Source of the DNA: Macrostomum hystrix
Taxonomy: Eukaryota; Animalia; Platyhelminthes
Direction of reading: 5' to 3'
DNA length: 64,000 nucleotides
Assembly (NCBI GenBank): GCA_950097015.1
Contig: CATNEN010000001.1
Coordinates: 7,874,001 to 7,938,000 of the forward strand
Below the pieces are notes generated by a model that saw only the letters and a program-made list of their open reading frames with translations, searched no databases and was not told the origin of the DNA. A program made the translations under genes and the position numbers. Numbering within the stretch: the first letter of the stretch is position 1; every line of letters starts with the position of its first letter. Positions 41,011 to 54,118 of this stretch are shown here, in pieces.

Positions 41011-41278
41011 ATAGGACCAGACGTGCAGCCGACAACACAGCCGCAACACACAGCTATTGCACGGCGCATCTGGAGACTGCGTACGGCTGTTCAGTCCATG
41101 GAATGGGGGACGCCACACTCACCCTTAATAAACCCAGCTAATGCTGGTAGCCATTTAACAGCAGGGTGAACTGAAGCAATGCAGAGTTAAGTGTCTTGCT
41201 AAGGGTAAATTGTTCTAGTGGAGTCTGGAACCCCCCCGAACCCCCCGACCTTCAAGTCGTGAGTCCGACGCTCTAACG
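41011..41278 (-). mobile_element. tRNA-SINE copy
   Basis: Reverse complement of the 26762 element; (TAA)n nearby. Confidence 0.82.
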
Positions 41279-42102
41279 ACAATGCCAATGACATGCATTG
41301 TCGCAATGCCACGCTGGTTGTCCAGACTGGTAGAAGCCCCTTTTTCGGAATGGAGACAAGCAGCAGGCAGGTGACAGCATAGACCAGTTCAGGCAGTTTG
41401 AGAACCGTTATCTATTAGCTAAATGTAAACAAAGCTGTTCACACACATACCTGTCTCTACCTTCCAGTATCCTGCGTGTCCCGTTTCGCCAATTGCGAGT
41501 ACTGTCAAGGATAACCGAGACAGCCTTGTGACAGTGAAATTTTTGAAATTGTGAAATTAGCAACAATAAAATTACGAATATTATCAGAAGTGTTTGTTAT
41601 TTCACATGAGCGAATTGACCTCCTGTGCATTCATATTTCATCATTAATCCGACCTGCCTGCTCAGGCATTAGTTTGCATGGAGCATAAACATGGCCATAC
41701 TCATTTTCCCAAGTGGATCTCAACAACTGCTCAACACTGCTCAAAACTGCTTAACACTGCAGACTGAGCCAAACATGACTAACCGCTATATTCTGCATCA
41801 GCAAGAGCTATTGCACTCTTGTCGGTGCTGTCACACACATTTTTAAGGACACTCTGAGCTGCAAAAAATGCTTTCAAGAACCAAGCAATTGCGTGCTTGA
41901 AGTTCAAACTTAAGTGGCCACTCTAAACAATGGTTTAATGCGCAAGCTTCATTCAAATAAATTGATTCGCTTGCTTTCCATCGCAAGTAAAAAATTTAAG
42001 CATGTGTCCTGAAACTCATTAATTTAGAAAAAAAAGCTGCACTACCGATATATAAACACTAAATATTTACCTTTCGATAAACAAATGCCTTCATAATTCA
42101 GA

Positions 42103-42908
42103 ATGCTGCGCAGAGTGCTCAAACTGCTGGTTGCTGTGGTGGGCACTTACTCTGGCTCTGCGGCTGAGCTGGTCGCGAAAAACTGCGCCAACAGGAGCTC
42201 GTTCGACCTCATCAAGGCCGAAGTGCTCCAGACGCCGTGCACATACCTGTCTCTACCTGGAAAATCATCGCTCGACTGCGCATTCATCTGCGCTGTCAGA
42301 TTCGCTAGTTATTGTCAAGGGTTCTCCTGGCTGCAGAGCAGTGAGTGTGCTCTGTTCAATGCGACTGCTCTGACTCGACCTCTGTGCTCCAGCGCTGCGC
42401 CACTCAGTGTCTACGCCAAGTTCGGTGAGGTCATTTTTAGAGATGTCAACTTCAAGCTGTGACTCATTTCTATCTCACGACAGTAATTGCAGTTTGGGAA
42501 AAGGTGAAGTTTGCCTCGTGTCAGCAGAGCTCGACGTACCAAAATGTTGCCGTGTGCGAGCGAGCCATCGATGGGAATACGTCTCAGAACTATTTCCACC
42601 ATTCGTGCAGCCATACCTACAGCTCAGCGTCCGAGTGGTGGGAGGCCAGCTTTGTCAGCGCGTCGCTCATTTCGCACGTGACCATCTACAACAGGCAGCA
42701 CTGCTGCCCTGAGCGACTCAACCAGTTCTCACTGCAGGTGGACGGAGTCGAGTGCAACCGAGTGAACCTGACCGTGTCCTTCTCCGTGGCCAACTTCAGC
42801 TGCTTCGCATTCGGCAGCAAAATTCGAGTCACGTCGCTGCAGACGGAGCCACATTTGAGATACCTCACATTGTGCGAGTTCGAGACCTATTCAATTCGAG
42901 TGCCGTAA
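42103..42908 (+). CDS. PAN/Apple + F-type lectin, copy 3. Exons 42103-42424 and 42493-42908
   Basis: Same structure; sugar motif variant RQHCCPER; TATAAA at ~42051. Confidence 0.88.
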
Positions 42909-44648
42909 AACAGGCGCGGAGTTGTTAGAGCAAGGTTGTGTGATTGCTACTGTGTGTCGTGTATTGAGAACCGTTATGACCCTGCTTCGCCCTTTTCCTC
43001 ATTCGTTTTTCTTCATAACCTTTTGTCATTTCGGCTTACATCAGGATACCAGATTTCAAAGCCCTCACAATCTTCGAGTTCGAAGCCCATTCAGATTGCA
43101 GTCTGTATCATCTACCGAAAGGCTGAGGCACATTTTTTGAAATTCCTATTATCATAAATTAACTTGGTATACTATAAACTAAGAGACAAGGGACCTTGAC
43201 GACCCGTTGCTCTCCCCATTGTACACGAACGTGGCTTCAATCACGTTAAGAAAAGTAATTGATAAAGAAAGTATTTACTACTCTTAAATAGCAGGAAAAT
43301 TTCAACGCCGCAAAATGTATTTTTAATCCAATTTACTTCTGCCAATATTATAGCATATACTAGTGCTATAGCATAGGTGTACCTATTTGTACAACGCGAG
43401 TGTGCCAGCTACGTTTGTGCGTAATTTTTTCCATCTAAAACAGACTGAAAGCTTTGCAACTACCCATGCGACTAAGCGAGAATGTGTCCTTGAACCCGAT
43501 CGATTCCTTCGTATCGGTTGACTAAAGTGTCTCTATGTCTCTACCTTTCAGATACAAACTAACAGCATCAAAACGATACAGTATTCAATTGTCTGTTTGA
43601 ATTGTTAGAACGAGTGTTAAATCATAAGTGATACCTACTTTACTGTTTCGTGTACTACCCATACGGTACGCCCTAAATATTCTACTTTTTGGCCACCTAT
43701 TCAGAACGATGCAGAGGTCACTTTACAATCACCAATGGGCTACATTTTTCCTTGGCTTGCATTCCATTTGTTGTTGTAACAATCAAAAAACGAAGCAATT
43801 TAGATTTTCTTTTTTTAGACACACTAAAACCGAGAGCAGAAGCTTTTTAGTTGTCTATCCATCTATTATCCAAGAATAGTCAAAAAATTTATGGGCCTCG
43901 TGTTTTTTTGCCAAATTGTAGTCTAGTTTTAAGTATCAGCACTATGCCGCTTGTTATCCTACAATTGATGCCAAGGAAATGCATATTAGTCTTACTAACT
44001 GAGAATGGTTTCTGAATAGACCAAAGGCCCGCTCACAGCCCTCCCTTTGCCAGTGAGACGAGCCAAAATAGCTGGATCAAGCATGGTCGAGACATGATAT
44101 GAAGTGAAGCGCAGTTGCCCAACGGGGAAGCTAGACTTGACTTTGTCGTTCCGACAGTCCCTTAGATGGTTTCGACTCTGCCATGGGCCTCTACTCATAC
44201 ATCATTAACTGATTGGGGCTGTTAATTACAGACTCAAGTAGCAGTTAAGACGCCAGCAAAAAGCACAGAGTTCTCATCCTAACGAACACAGAAGCAGAAC
44301 CTGGGTTAAACACTTGCCTACATCAACGGCACGTAAATACGTAATTGAAGAACTAAATAAAAATATAAGAAGACAGGGGAAAAAACAGAATTTCTGCCCC
44401 TATAAGAAACTATTCCTGCCCAGCAGACAAAGATGGCGGAAAGAGATCCAGTTAAACTGCTATTGGCTCAACAGCTGAGCTGAGTGACACTGCAAACTGA
44501 GAAAATGCGACATGTGGGTACAAATACTAGCTTAATGCATGCAGGTGTTGTCAAGTGTTTGGTTCCCTGTCAGCTCAACGTTCTTAAAGCGTATCCTATA
44601 TGTAAATATTTCAAACAGCTTGAGTATCAACAGGCCAATAGGCTCGAA

Positions 44649-45455
44649 ATGTTTTCAACACTGCTCAAACTGTTGCTGGCTGTGGTTGGCACGAACTCTG
44701 CCTATGCGGCTGAGCTGGTCGCGAAAAACTGCGCCAACAGGAGCTCGTTCTCTCCCATCGTGGCCGAAGTGCTCCACACGCCGTGCACATACCTGTCTCT
44801 ACCTGGAAAATCATCGCTCGACTGAGCATTCATCTGCGCTGCCAGATTCGCTAGTTATTGTCAAGGGTTCTCCTGGCTGCAGAGCAGTGAGTGTGCTCTG
44901 TTCAATGCGACTGCTCTGACTCGACCTCTGTGCTCCAGCGCTGCGCCACTCAGTGTCTACGCCAAGTTCGGTGAGGTCATTTTCAGAGATGTCAACTTCA
45001 AGCTCTGAATAATTACTATCTAACGATGATCTATTGCAGCGCGAGAAAAGGTGAAGTTCGCCTCGTGTCAGCAGAGCTCGACTTTCTCCAATGTTGCCGT
45101 GTGTGAGCGAGCTATCGATGGGAATACGTCTCAAATATATAACGACAATTCATGCAGCCACACAAGTAACTCAGTGTCCGAGTGGTGGGAGGCCAGCTTC
45201 GTGAATACATCACTCATTTCGCACGTGACCATCTACAATAGGCATGGTTATTTTAGCTACCGGCTGAGAAAGTTCTCACTGCAGGTGGACGAAGTCGAGT
45301 GCAACCGAGTGAACCTGACCGTGTCCTTCTCCGTGGCCAGCTTCAGCTGCTTCGCATTCGGCAGCAAAATTCGCGTGACGTCTTTGCAGACGGATCCAGA
45401 AAAGAGGTATCTGTCCCTATGTGAATTGGAAGCCTATTCCGTACGCCTTCTTTGA
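44649..45455 (+). pseudogene. PAN/Apple + F-type lectin, copy 4, with in-frame TGA at 44823-44825. Exons 44649-44970 and 45040-45455
   Basis: GAC TGA GCA where copies 2 and 3 have GAC TGC GCA; remainder in frame; sugar loop RHGYFSYR. Confidence 0.8.
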
Positions 45456-45720
45456 AGCCGAGCTAAATGAGAATTGTTACTTTTTACGAAGATCCATTTT
45501 CACATTACAAGGCCCACGTGGTAAGGAAGCTAAAAATTGCTATTTACAGATCTAACATGGCTAACGAATTTCTCGACTGTCATGACTACTGTGTGATCTG
45601 CTTTTGAGCAGAGAAGAACTTGAAGTGGACTTGAAGCAATGGATGTTTATTTTAGTTGCACTTTAATCCTTCTGAAGCACAAGTCTTGTTGTTTACAAAA
45701 TCCTATACCATTCATCTAAT

Positions 45721-47119
45721 TGTACTGTATTAACATTTTAATGGCAAAAAACTCATTGTTATGTACTTGCTTCTGAACAAGTCGACACACCTCCTGATTG
45801 ATTAAAAAACCAGCGTATGTAGCTTAGTAATATAAAGTTGTTTCTTGACTGATCTGCAACAACAATTGTGTAGAAACTTTTGTACCGAATCGTACATTCT
45901 GTCATTTTAGGCTAAGGTGAAAGTATGCCGCAATCTTAAGCTCACACCGTCATCATCAGCGCTAGAACACACGATTGAAATTATTTTGATGTCCATTCAT
46001 TTCAACATCAGGTGAATTTTCAGGCTTGCTAAGAGCGTTCTTTAGCTAACTTTAATTAATGCTTAACTCTGCATTGCTTCAGTTCACCTAGAAGTAGCTG
46101 TTAAATGGGAACAGCATGAGCTGGCGTAACTCTGGCATCCACCCAGTCCATGGACTGAACAGCAGTACGCAGCCTTCAGATGCGCCGCGCAATAGCTGCG
46201 GCTGTCGGCTGCACATCTGGCCCGATTGGAGCATGTGCAATCCATTATTAATATCAATTAGGCCTCTTACAGCTTACTTTCAACTGAGTTTGCGGACCTA
46301 AAAGAGCCATGCCAATAATTTAGTTTCCAAGTTGTGGAAGGCTAGTCAGCGCATCAGTCGCCTAGTGCGTGCGTATTCTCTTGCAAATACTCGTACTTGT
46401 AATTGGAAAAATTCTGGAAGAATTAACTTCAGCAACCTTAATTACTAGATGCACGAGCTGCAATTCTGAGTTTCATCAATATTTTATCGTCCATGAATGC
46501 CGCCCGAATTTTCCTAGCAGCTTGCTGGTTTCTTCTTAAAGTGCCTCAATAAAACGAGGCGGAAGACAGAAGGCGTCTTTCTAGTGTGACGTTGTCACTT
46601 GCTGCAAGCGCCCCTATGAAGTTTAAATTTATGTGGTACTAATTTGGGCCGTTTAACAAATGTAATTACGCTTTCATCAATTTTGCAATTTCGTATATTT
46701 CTTAGATTGTTACTGTAAGTAAACGCCAACGCACATCGCACTATCCCTAAACTTATTTCGCAGTTGTATCAATGTCAATTCTCTCAGCCAATGAGCGTGC
46801 GTGCTTTGTTTCTCTAGATTATCGATCGCCCTGTTTATACTGCGGGCTAGCTTATTTAACTAGGGCTCCTGAGCCCGCTCGCACTCCACTGCTCGTGAAC
46901 CGACCTGTCTACCCCTCTCGTCCCGGCCACTGTTATTTTCACTGCGACCTGCTTACCCACTGTCCTGCCTAGCGTTCGTCCTGTCATTTACTTATCTACT
47001 GTCATTTACTGCTTCTATTGCATCGTCATCATTGAGCTCCTGCACCTGACTTGATTATCTCGCTTGTCGTATGTCCCAGTGCTAATAAACAAAGACAAAG
47101 ATAAAGTGCTACCGCTACA
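45721..47119 (+). mobile_element. Candidate solo LTR containing a nested SINE
   Basis: CTAAT|TGTA ... TACA|CTAAT (5-bp TSD at 45716-45720 and 47120-47124); TATTTAA at ~46852 and AATAAA at ~47084. Confidence 0.45.
46062..46258 (+). mobile_element. 5'-truncated tRNA-SINE copy
   Basis: CTTAACTCTGCATTGCTTCAGTTCACC...CAGTCCATGGACTG...GCACATCTGGCCCGAT. Confidence 0.8.
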
Positions 47120-47559
47120 CTAATTTACGAGAACTCTAAACTCTAATTGGAATTGAGCTTTACGCCTGACTCTGTCTGCCAGTTTATTTCGTCACACTAG
47201 CCTTCTAATTTCGGCGAAAGAAATGTTATCAGACAGCAGACAGGTCTCGTGCATACTTAGTATCTAACGCATGTTGCCAGACTACGGGGCAGATCGTGCA
47301 ATAAAATTTCGAAAAGCTGCTTAGAAGAGCTCGGAATGTATATGATCCTACGAGATCCTCGTACATCCTCGTACATCCATATGATCCTCGTACAAAGGAC
47401 ACAGAACTCAATCAAGCTGAGTCACTTCTATTACTCTTTTAGGCGATATTATTCAGCAAAAAAATATTTACAACAAATATACAAATTTACAACAAGCAGC
47501 CTGAGTTAAGACGTACCATATCCTCATTTATACTAGGAAACCATAAGCTAGCTTGCGAA

Positions 47560-47850
47560 ACATTGCGAACTGCGAGACCGAAAATTCTGTATGTGAATAG
47601 ATTATGTAGTAAGTGCAAATCGGACGTTGAAACCAAGGTCCACTTCCTATTTAAGTGCAGTTGGAATAGGTATAGTACCACACGATTAAATTTTGAAAAG
47701 AACATTTCTGGGAAAACTCCCAATTTCGCATCCTTAACAGCAGTAGAGAAATCTATTACTACATAATGACACAAGACGATAGGGAAACCACTGAAGCTTT
47801 AGCAAAGTACATCATAGATATCTCTAAAATAAGGGAACAGCTGCGCTGAA
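47560..47850 (+). mobile_element. Non-LTR retrotransposon ORF2 C-terminal zinc-knuckle relic
   Basis: RLCSKCKSDVETKVHFLFKC matches the R.C..C....E...HF...C motif at the end of LINE ORF2. Confidence 0.55.
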
Positions 47851-48866
47851 GCTATTAATATTGAACCATATACATTCATTTTTTATTCCTGGCGTCCCTT
47901 GTGTTTAATTGCTTCTCTTTATTTAATTGCTCTTCCCTTCCCAGCTCAATTTTTATTTCTTACAAAACTTCGCTTTTTCATGTTCTTCTTTTGTCGAGTA
48001 AAATATTGCCAGAAAAATATATAACAAAATCAGCCTTATCGATAGCGCGCGCGTTTTATTAAATTTAATAATTAATAATATCGTAAGAGTGGTCAGGTAC
48101 AGTACAGATATTTCAGCCGGCTAATCGTGACGTGGTCGGTCGTGCGAGGACCAAAATCAACCGTGTCTTCAGAGTGTAGCACCAACTGCCACACTGGAAT
48201 CTGGAACCCATTGCACCGGACAAAGACCTGATAAATGCGATTGCAACGAGTGTAAGTGTGCGACAAAGACTATTTAGTCTATTCTTTACTTACTCGAATA
48301 TAGAATATTGCAGAATATATAGCAGAGAAGACAGGTAGCGACAAGTAAAAATCCATCAATACAGTGTCATGAGTACTCATAATATCTGTAAGCTTTTCCA
48401 AAATGTCTTTTCTGCCACGAACCTGCAGTGAAGCTGGGGTGGTAAAACTCTGGGCGTCTGAGCAACAAAGCTCCTGAATCTTGGCTTATAAAACCTTTTA
48501 AAACCTGCACCTCCTCTTTCTCATCTATCGCTAGTCTATTCCTTTTCTATTCCCTGTCTAGCCGATTTACTCGTCTATAGCACGTCGGCCCTGTTGACCC
48601 AACGAAATCCTGTTGGAGAAGTTTTTCGCGACCAGCTTAGTCGCAGATTCAGACTATATGTCCGCTACGACCAGCATGCTGCATATTGAGGATAATTAAC
48701 TAGTTATTGCTCTTAATTTTGCTCTTAATTTTAAGTGAGCTTAATTCAAGTACTTCAGTATATAAAATACGATTTCTTATTTAATCGTAAAAAATTGTCC
48801 TCGAAATAAGGAGCATTATATAGAACATTGAAGTGAACTTTGAATTCGGCTTTTACGGTTTGCCAC

Positions 48867-48910
48867 CATAGATAAAGTATACCATACATAGATGGTATAC
48901 TTTATCTATG
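48867..48910. mobile_element. 44-bp palindromic mini-MITE with 8-bp TSD
   Basis: TTTGCCAC|CATAGATAAAGTATACCAT-ACATAG-ATGGTATACTTTATCTATG|TTTGCCAC. Confidence 0.8.
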
Positions 48911-49820
48911 TTTGCCACCACTGACTGACTGGCTGCTTCGTGACTGTATCTTCGTGAGAAATTTATTTTTTTTTATGGTCGGAATCAAATGGTCTAAACC
49001 TATATGTCTATCAATCAGATGGGATGCCCCCGAAAAAAAGCAATCGAATTGCATATATGATAAACGCCGTTTAATTCATCATAGTCTATGGTTAGAAATA
49101 TCCTCGGCTGCAATCAATGCAGCCTCGGACCATTAAACGCAGCGTCGGACATTCTAACCACAATTTGCTACACTTTTAATTATTCTAAATAATTAAACTG
49201 CGTTTATTATTTACATAGCATCTATTGAAGATTCTACATAAACTAATATATTCTAGAAGTTATAAATACAATTTAAATGTGTATTCTAAACACTCTTTAA
49301 ATAAGTATGCTTGGCTGCAACTTCCGCGTCTTCAATGTAAGAATATATACCGGCTATTGAGGGTATCAATGTAAATATAAAGACCGGCTATTGAGGATAT
49401 TAAAATGGCTGTGACCGAGGGGCGCTGCGCGGCTAGCGGCTGAAGCTTAGTAAAGCAATTGGCAAGCTTGTTGTAGGGCAAAATTATCGGGAAAACAATG
49501 AAGTTAAGAAATTTCCTATCTCAGCAAGCTTTTTTGTGGGCAAATTATGCCATAGACACATTATCGGGCACGCCTTAAAGCCCACAGAACGAAAAAGCCT
49601 ACTAAAAAATACTACATTTTCTGCCAAAATGAAATCGTCTATGGCAATAATCGAAGCCCGCCCGATAGCCTTGTAGTCATGGTACAGTCGTGTTTATCGT
49701 GTTTCGTGACGGTCCCGACATCTCCCTGGTCTATGTTTTATAAGAGTACCTTAAAATTTGAGCTTTAAGTAGAGAAACCGATCGCAAAAGATAACGAGTA
49801 ATTTAATTGAAACGCATAAA

Positions 49821-50207
49821 ATGTCACAGCTTGTCAACGTACTGCTGCTACTGCTGAGTCAGCTCTTCTGCGCTAAAGGTTTTCGCTTTCTTCAGAGCAA
49901 CGTTAGCGACAATAGATATGAGTCCGATATTGACCATAGTGCAAACAATCTGTTCGATATCCATCTGCGATCTGCATATCGATCTGCATTCATCGTTTCC
50001 ATAGTGATGGTTTGCTTGGCTTTAATTATCTTAACAATGCTCATTCCGATTGTTTTATGTTACATCTTATACACGAAGGGATCTCGATTCGGTAAAGATA
50101 ATCATTCGAAAGAAAGCAAAATAGCCGGAGAGCCTTATCAACGGGGTGCGACCTCTGGAATGTTGGGACGAAAGCATCCGGCTAGTGCAAATTTAGCTCA
50201 ACACTAG
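49821..50207 (+). CDS. Small single-exon type-I membrane protein (signal peptide + 1 TM), no family recognised
   Basis: AAAATG start; hydrophobic leader LVNVLLLLLSQLFCAKG; N-glycosylation sequon NVS; TM AFIVSIVMVCLALIILTMLIPIVLCYILY followed by basic residues; TTTATAAG about 80 bp upstream. Confidence 0.6.
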   Translation: MSQLVNVLLLLLSQLFCAKGFRFLQSNVSDNRYESDIDHSANNLFDIHLRSAYRSAFIVSIVMVCLALIILTMLIPIVLCYILYTKGSRFGKDNHSKESKIAGEPYQRGATSGMLGRKHPASANLAQH

Positions 50208-50304
50208 CATGTTTTGCCCCCCTTCGGGGAGCAGAAATATTTTTAATTCGTCTTGTATATACTGTTTAGCAGCTGAATTTACAGCTTTTTAAAGCTAAAA
50301 TAAA

Positions 50305-51765
50305 CCCCCAGTTGACAATGATCCCCCAGTTGACAATGATCCCCCAGTTGATGATGATCCCCCAGTTGACAATGATCCCCCAGTTGACAATGAACCCCCA
50401 GTTGACAATGATCCCCAGTTGACAATGATCCCCCAGTTGATGATGATCCCCCAGTTGACAATGATCCCCCAGTTGACAATGAACCCCCAGTTGACAATGA
50501 TCCCCAGTTGACAATGATCCCCCAGTTCACAATGATCCCCTTGTTGACAATGATCCCCCAGATGACAATGATCCCACAGTTGACAATGATCCCCCAGTTG
50601 ATGATGATCCCCCAGTTGACAATGATCCCCCAGTTGACAATGATCCCCCAGTTGACAATGATCCCCCAGTTGACAATGATCTCACAGTTGACAATGATCC
50701 CCCAGTTTACAATGATCCCCCAGTTGACAATGATCCCCCAGTTGACAATGATCACCCAGTTGACAATGATCTCACAGTTGACAATGATCCCCAAGTTGAC
50801 CATGATCCCCCAGTTGACAATGATCCCCCAGTTGACAATGATCACCCAGTTGACAATGATCCCCCAGTTGACAATGATCCCCCAGTTGACAATGATCCCC
50901 CAGTTGACAATGATCCCCAGTTGATAATGATACCCCAGTTGACAATGATCCCTCAGATGACAATGATCCCCAAGTTGACAATGATCACCCAGTTGACAAT
51001 GATCCCCCAGTTGACAATGATCCCCCCAGTTGACAATGATCCCCCAGTTGACAATGATCCCCCAGTTGACAATGATCTCCCAGTTGACAATGATCCCCCA
51101 GTTGACAATGAACACCCATTTGACAATCATTCCCAAGTTGACAATGATCCCCCAGTTGATAATGATACCCCAGTTGACAATGATCCCCCAGTTGACAATG
51201 ATCCCCCAGTTGACAATGATCTCCCAGTTGACAATGATCCCCCAGTTGACAATGAACACCCATTTGACAATCATTCCCAAGTTGACAATGATCCCCCAGT
51301 TGATAATGATACCCCAGTTGACAATGATCCCCCAGTTGACAATGATCCCCCAGTTGACAATGATCCCCCAGTTGACAATGATCACCCAGTTGACAATGAT
51401 CCCCCAGTTGACAATGATCCCCCAGTTGACAATGTTCCCCCAGTTGACAATGATCCCCAGTTGACAATGATCCCCCAGTTCACAATGATCCCCTTGTTGA
51501 CAATGATCCCCCAGTTGACAATGATCCCACAGTTGACAATGATCCCCCAGTTGACAATGATCCCCCAGTTGACAATGATCTCACAGTTGACAATGATCCC
51601 CCAGTTGACAATGATCCCCAGTTGACAATGATCCCCCAGTTGACAATGATCACCCAGTTGACAATGATCCCCCAGTTGACAATGATCCCCCAGTTGACAA
51701 TGATCCCCCATTTGATGAGGACTCCTTATTGATGATGATGCCCAGTTGACAATGTTGCCCAGTTA
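50305..51765. repeat. 18-bp minisatellite (CAGTTGACAATGATCCCC)
   Basis: Direct reading; contains an internal 126-bp block duplication. Confidence 0.97.
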
Positions 51766-51911
51766 ATTTTTATATTAGCTTCTTTTGTAGAAAATTGAGA
51801 AGAACAACAATTAAATGATTATTAGGCAAAATATTTATCATACAAATATATATCATTATGACGTTATGAGATAACAAACTCAAAATTCAATTCAATGACA
51901 AAAGAAAAATT

Positions 51912-54118
51912 TTGCCATGATTCAAACGCTGGTTTAGCCATGATTCAGACGCTGGTTTAGCCATGATTCAGACTCTGGTTTAGCCATGATTCAGACGCTG
52001 GTTTAGCCATGATTCAGACTCTGGTTTAGCCATGATGCAAACTCTGGTTTAGCCATGATTTTAACTCTGGTTTAGCCATGATTCAAACTCTGGTTTAGCC
52101 ATGATTCAGACCCTGGTTTAGCCATGATTCAAACTCTGGTTTAGCCATGATTCAGACTCTTGTTTTGCCATGATTCAGACTCTGGTTTAGCCATGATTCA
52201 GACTCTGGTTTAGCCATGATTCAGACTCTGGTTTAGCCATGATTCAAACTCTGGTTTAGCCATGATTCAAGCTCTGGTTTAGCCATGATTCAGACGCTGG
52301 TTTAGCCATGATTCAAGCTCTATTTTTGCCATGATTCAGACTCTGGTTTAGCCATGATTCAGACTCTGGTTTAGCCATGATTCAAACTCTGGTTTAGCCA
52401 TGATTCAGATTCTGGTTTAGCCATGATTCAGACCCTGGTTTAGCCATGATTCAGACTCCAGTTTAGCCATGATTCAGACTCTGGTTTAGCCATGATTCAG
52501 ATTCAGACTCTGGTTTAGCCATGATTCAGACTCTGGTTTAGCCATGATTCAAACTCTGGTTTAGCCATGATTCAGATTCTGGTTTAGCCATGATTCAGAC
52601 CCTGGTTTAGCCATGATTCAGACTCCAGTTTAGCCATGATTCAGACTCTGGTTTAGCCATGATTCAAGCTCTATTTTTGCCATGATTCAGACTCTGGTTT
52701 AGCCATGATTCAGACTCTGGTTTAGCCATGATTCAAGCTCTGGTTTAGCCATGATTCAGACGCTGGTTTAGCCATGATTCAAGCTCTATTTTTGCCATGA
52801 TTCAGACTCTGGTTTAGCCATGATTCAGACTCTGGTTTAGCCATGATTCAAACTCTGGTTTAGCCATGATTCAGACTCTGGTTTAGCCATGATTCAGACT
52901 CTGGTTTAGCCATGATTCAGATTCAGACTCTGGTTTAGCCATGATTCAGACTCTGGTTTAGCCATGATGCAAACTCTGGTTTAGCCATGATTCAGACCCT
53001 GGTTTAGCCATGATTCAGACTCTGGTTTAGCCATGATTCAGACCCTGGTTTAGCCATGATTCAAACTCTGGTTTAGCCATGATTCAGACTCTGGTTTAGC
53101 CATGATTCAGACTCTGGTTTAGCCATGATTCAAACTCTGGGTTAGCCATGATTCAAAATGTGGTTTAGCCATGATTCAAACTCTGGTTTAGCCATGATTC
53201 AGACTCTGGTTTAGCCATGATTCAAACTCTGGTTTAGCCATGATTCAGACGCTGGTTTAGCCATGATTCAAACTCTGGTTTAGCCATGATTCAGACTCTG
53301 GTTTAGCCATGATTCAAACTCTGGTTTAGCCATGATTCAAACTCTGGTTTAGCCATGATTCAAACTCTGGTTTAGCCATGATTCAAACTCTGGTTTAGCC
53401 ATGTTTCAAACTCTGGTTTAGCCATGATTCAGACCCTGGTTTAGCCATGATTCAGACTCCAGTTTAGCCATGATTCAGACTCTGGTTTAGCCATGATTCA
53501 GACTCTATTTTAGCCATGATTCAGACTCTGGTTTAGCCATGATTCAGACTCTATTTTAGCCATGATTCAGACTATGGTTTAGCCATGATTCAGACTCCAG
53601 TTTTGCCATGATTCAGACTCTGGTTTAGCCATGATTCAGACTCTGGTTTAGCCATGATTCAGACTCTGGTTAAGCCATGATTCAGACTCTGGTTTAGCCA
53701 TGATTTAAATTCTGGTTAAGCCATGATTCAGACTCTGGTTTAGCCATGATTCAAACTCTGGTTAAGCCATGATTCAAACTCTGGTTTAGCCATGATTCAA
53801 ACTCTGGTTTAGCCATGATTCAGACGCTGGTTTAGCCATGATTCAGACTCTGGTTTAGCCATGATTCAGGCTCTGGTTTAGCCATGATTCAGACTCTGGT
53901 TTAGCCATGATTCAAACTCTGGTTAAGCCATGATTCAGACTCTGGTTTAGCCATGATTCAGACTCTGGTTTAGCCATGATTCAGACGCTGGTTTAGCCAT
54001 GATTCAGACTCTGGTTTAGCCATGATTCAGACTCCAGTTTAGCCATGATTCAGACGCTGGTTTAGCCATGATTCAAGCTCTATTTTTGCCATGATTGAAA
54101 TTCAGGTTTGCTATGATT
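51912..54118. repeat. 23-bp minisatellite (TTAGCCATGATTCAGACTCTGGT), about 95 units
   Basis: Direct reading. Confidence 0.97.

Noticed and set aside
1828-54118. Many repetitive ORFs (LQQTVRYFSK, VRLDDS, CLISPLSHLS, LFRNPIKCYSE, IVNWGI, VDNDPP)
   Set aside because: Translations of minisatellites; open in several frames and broken by unit-length indels
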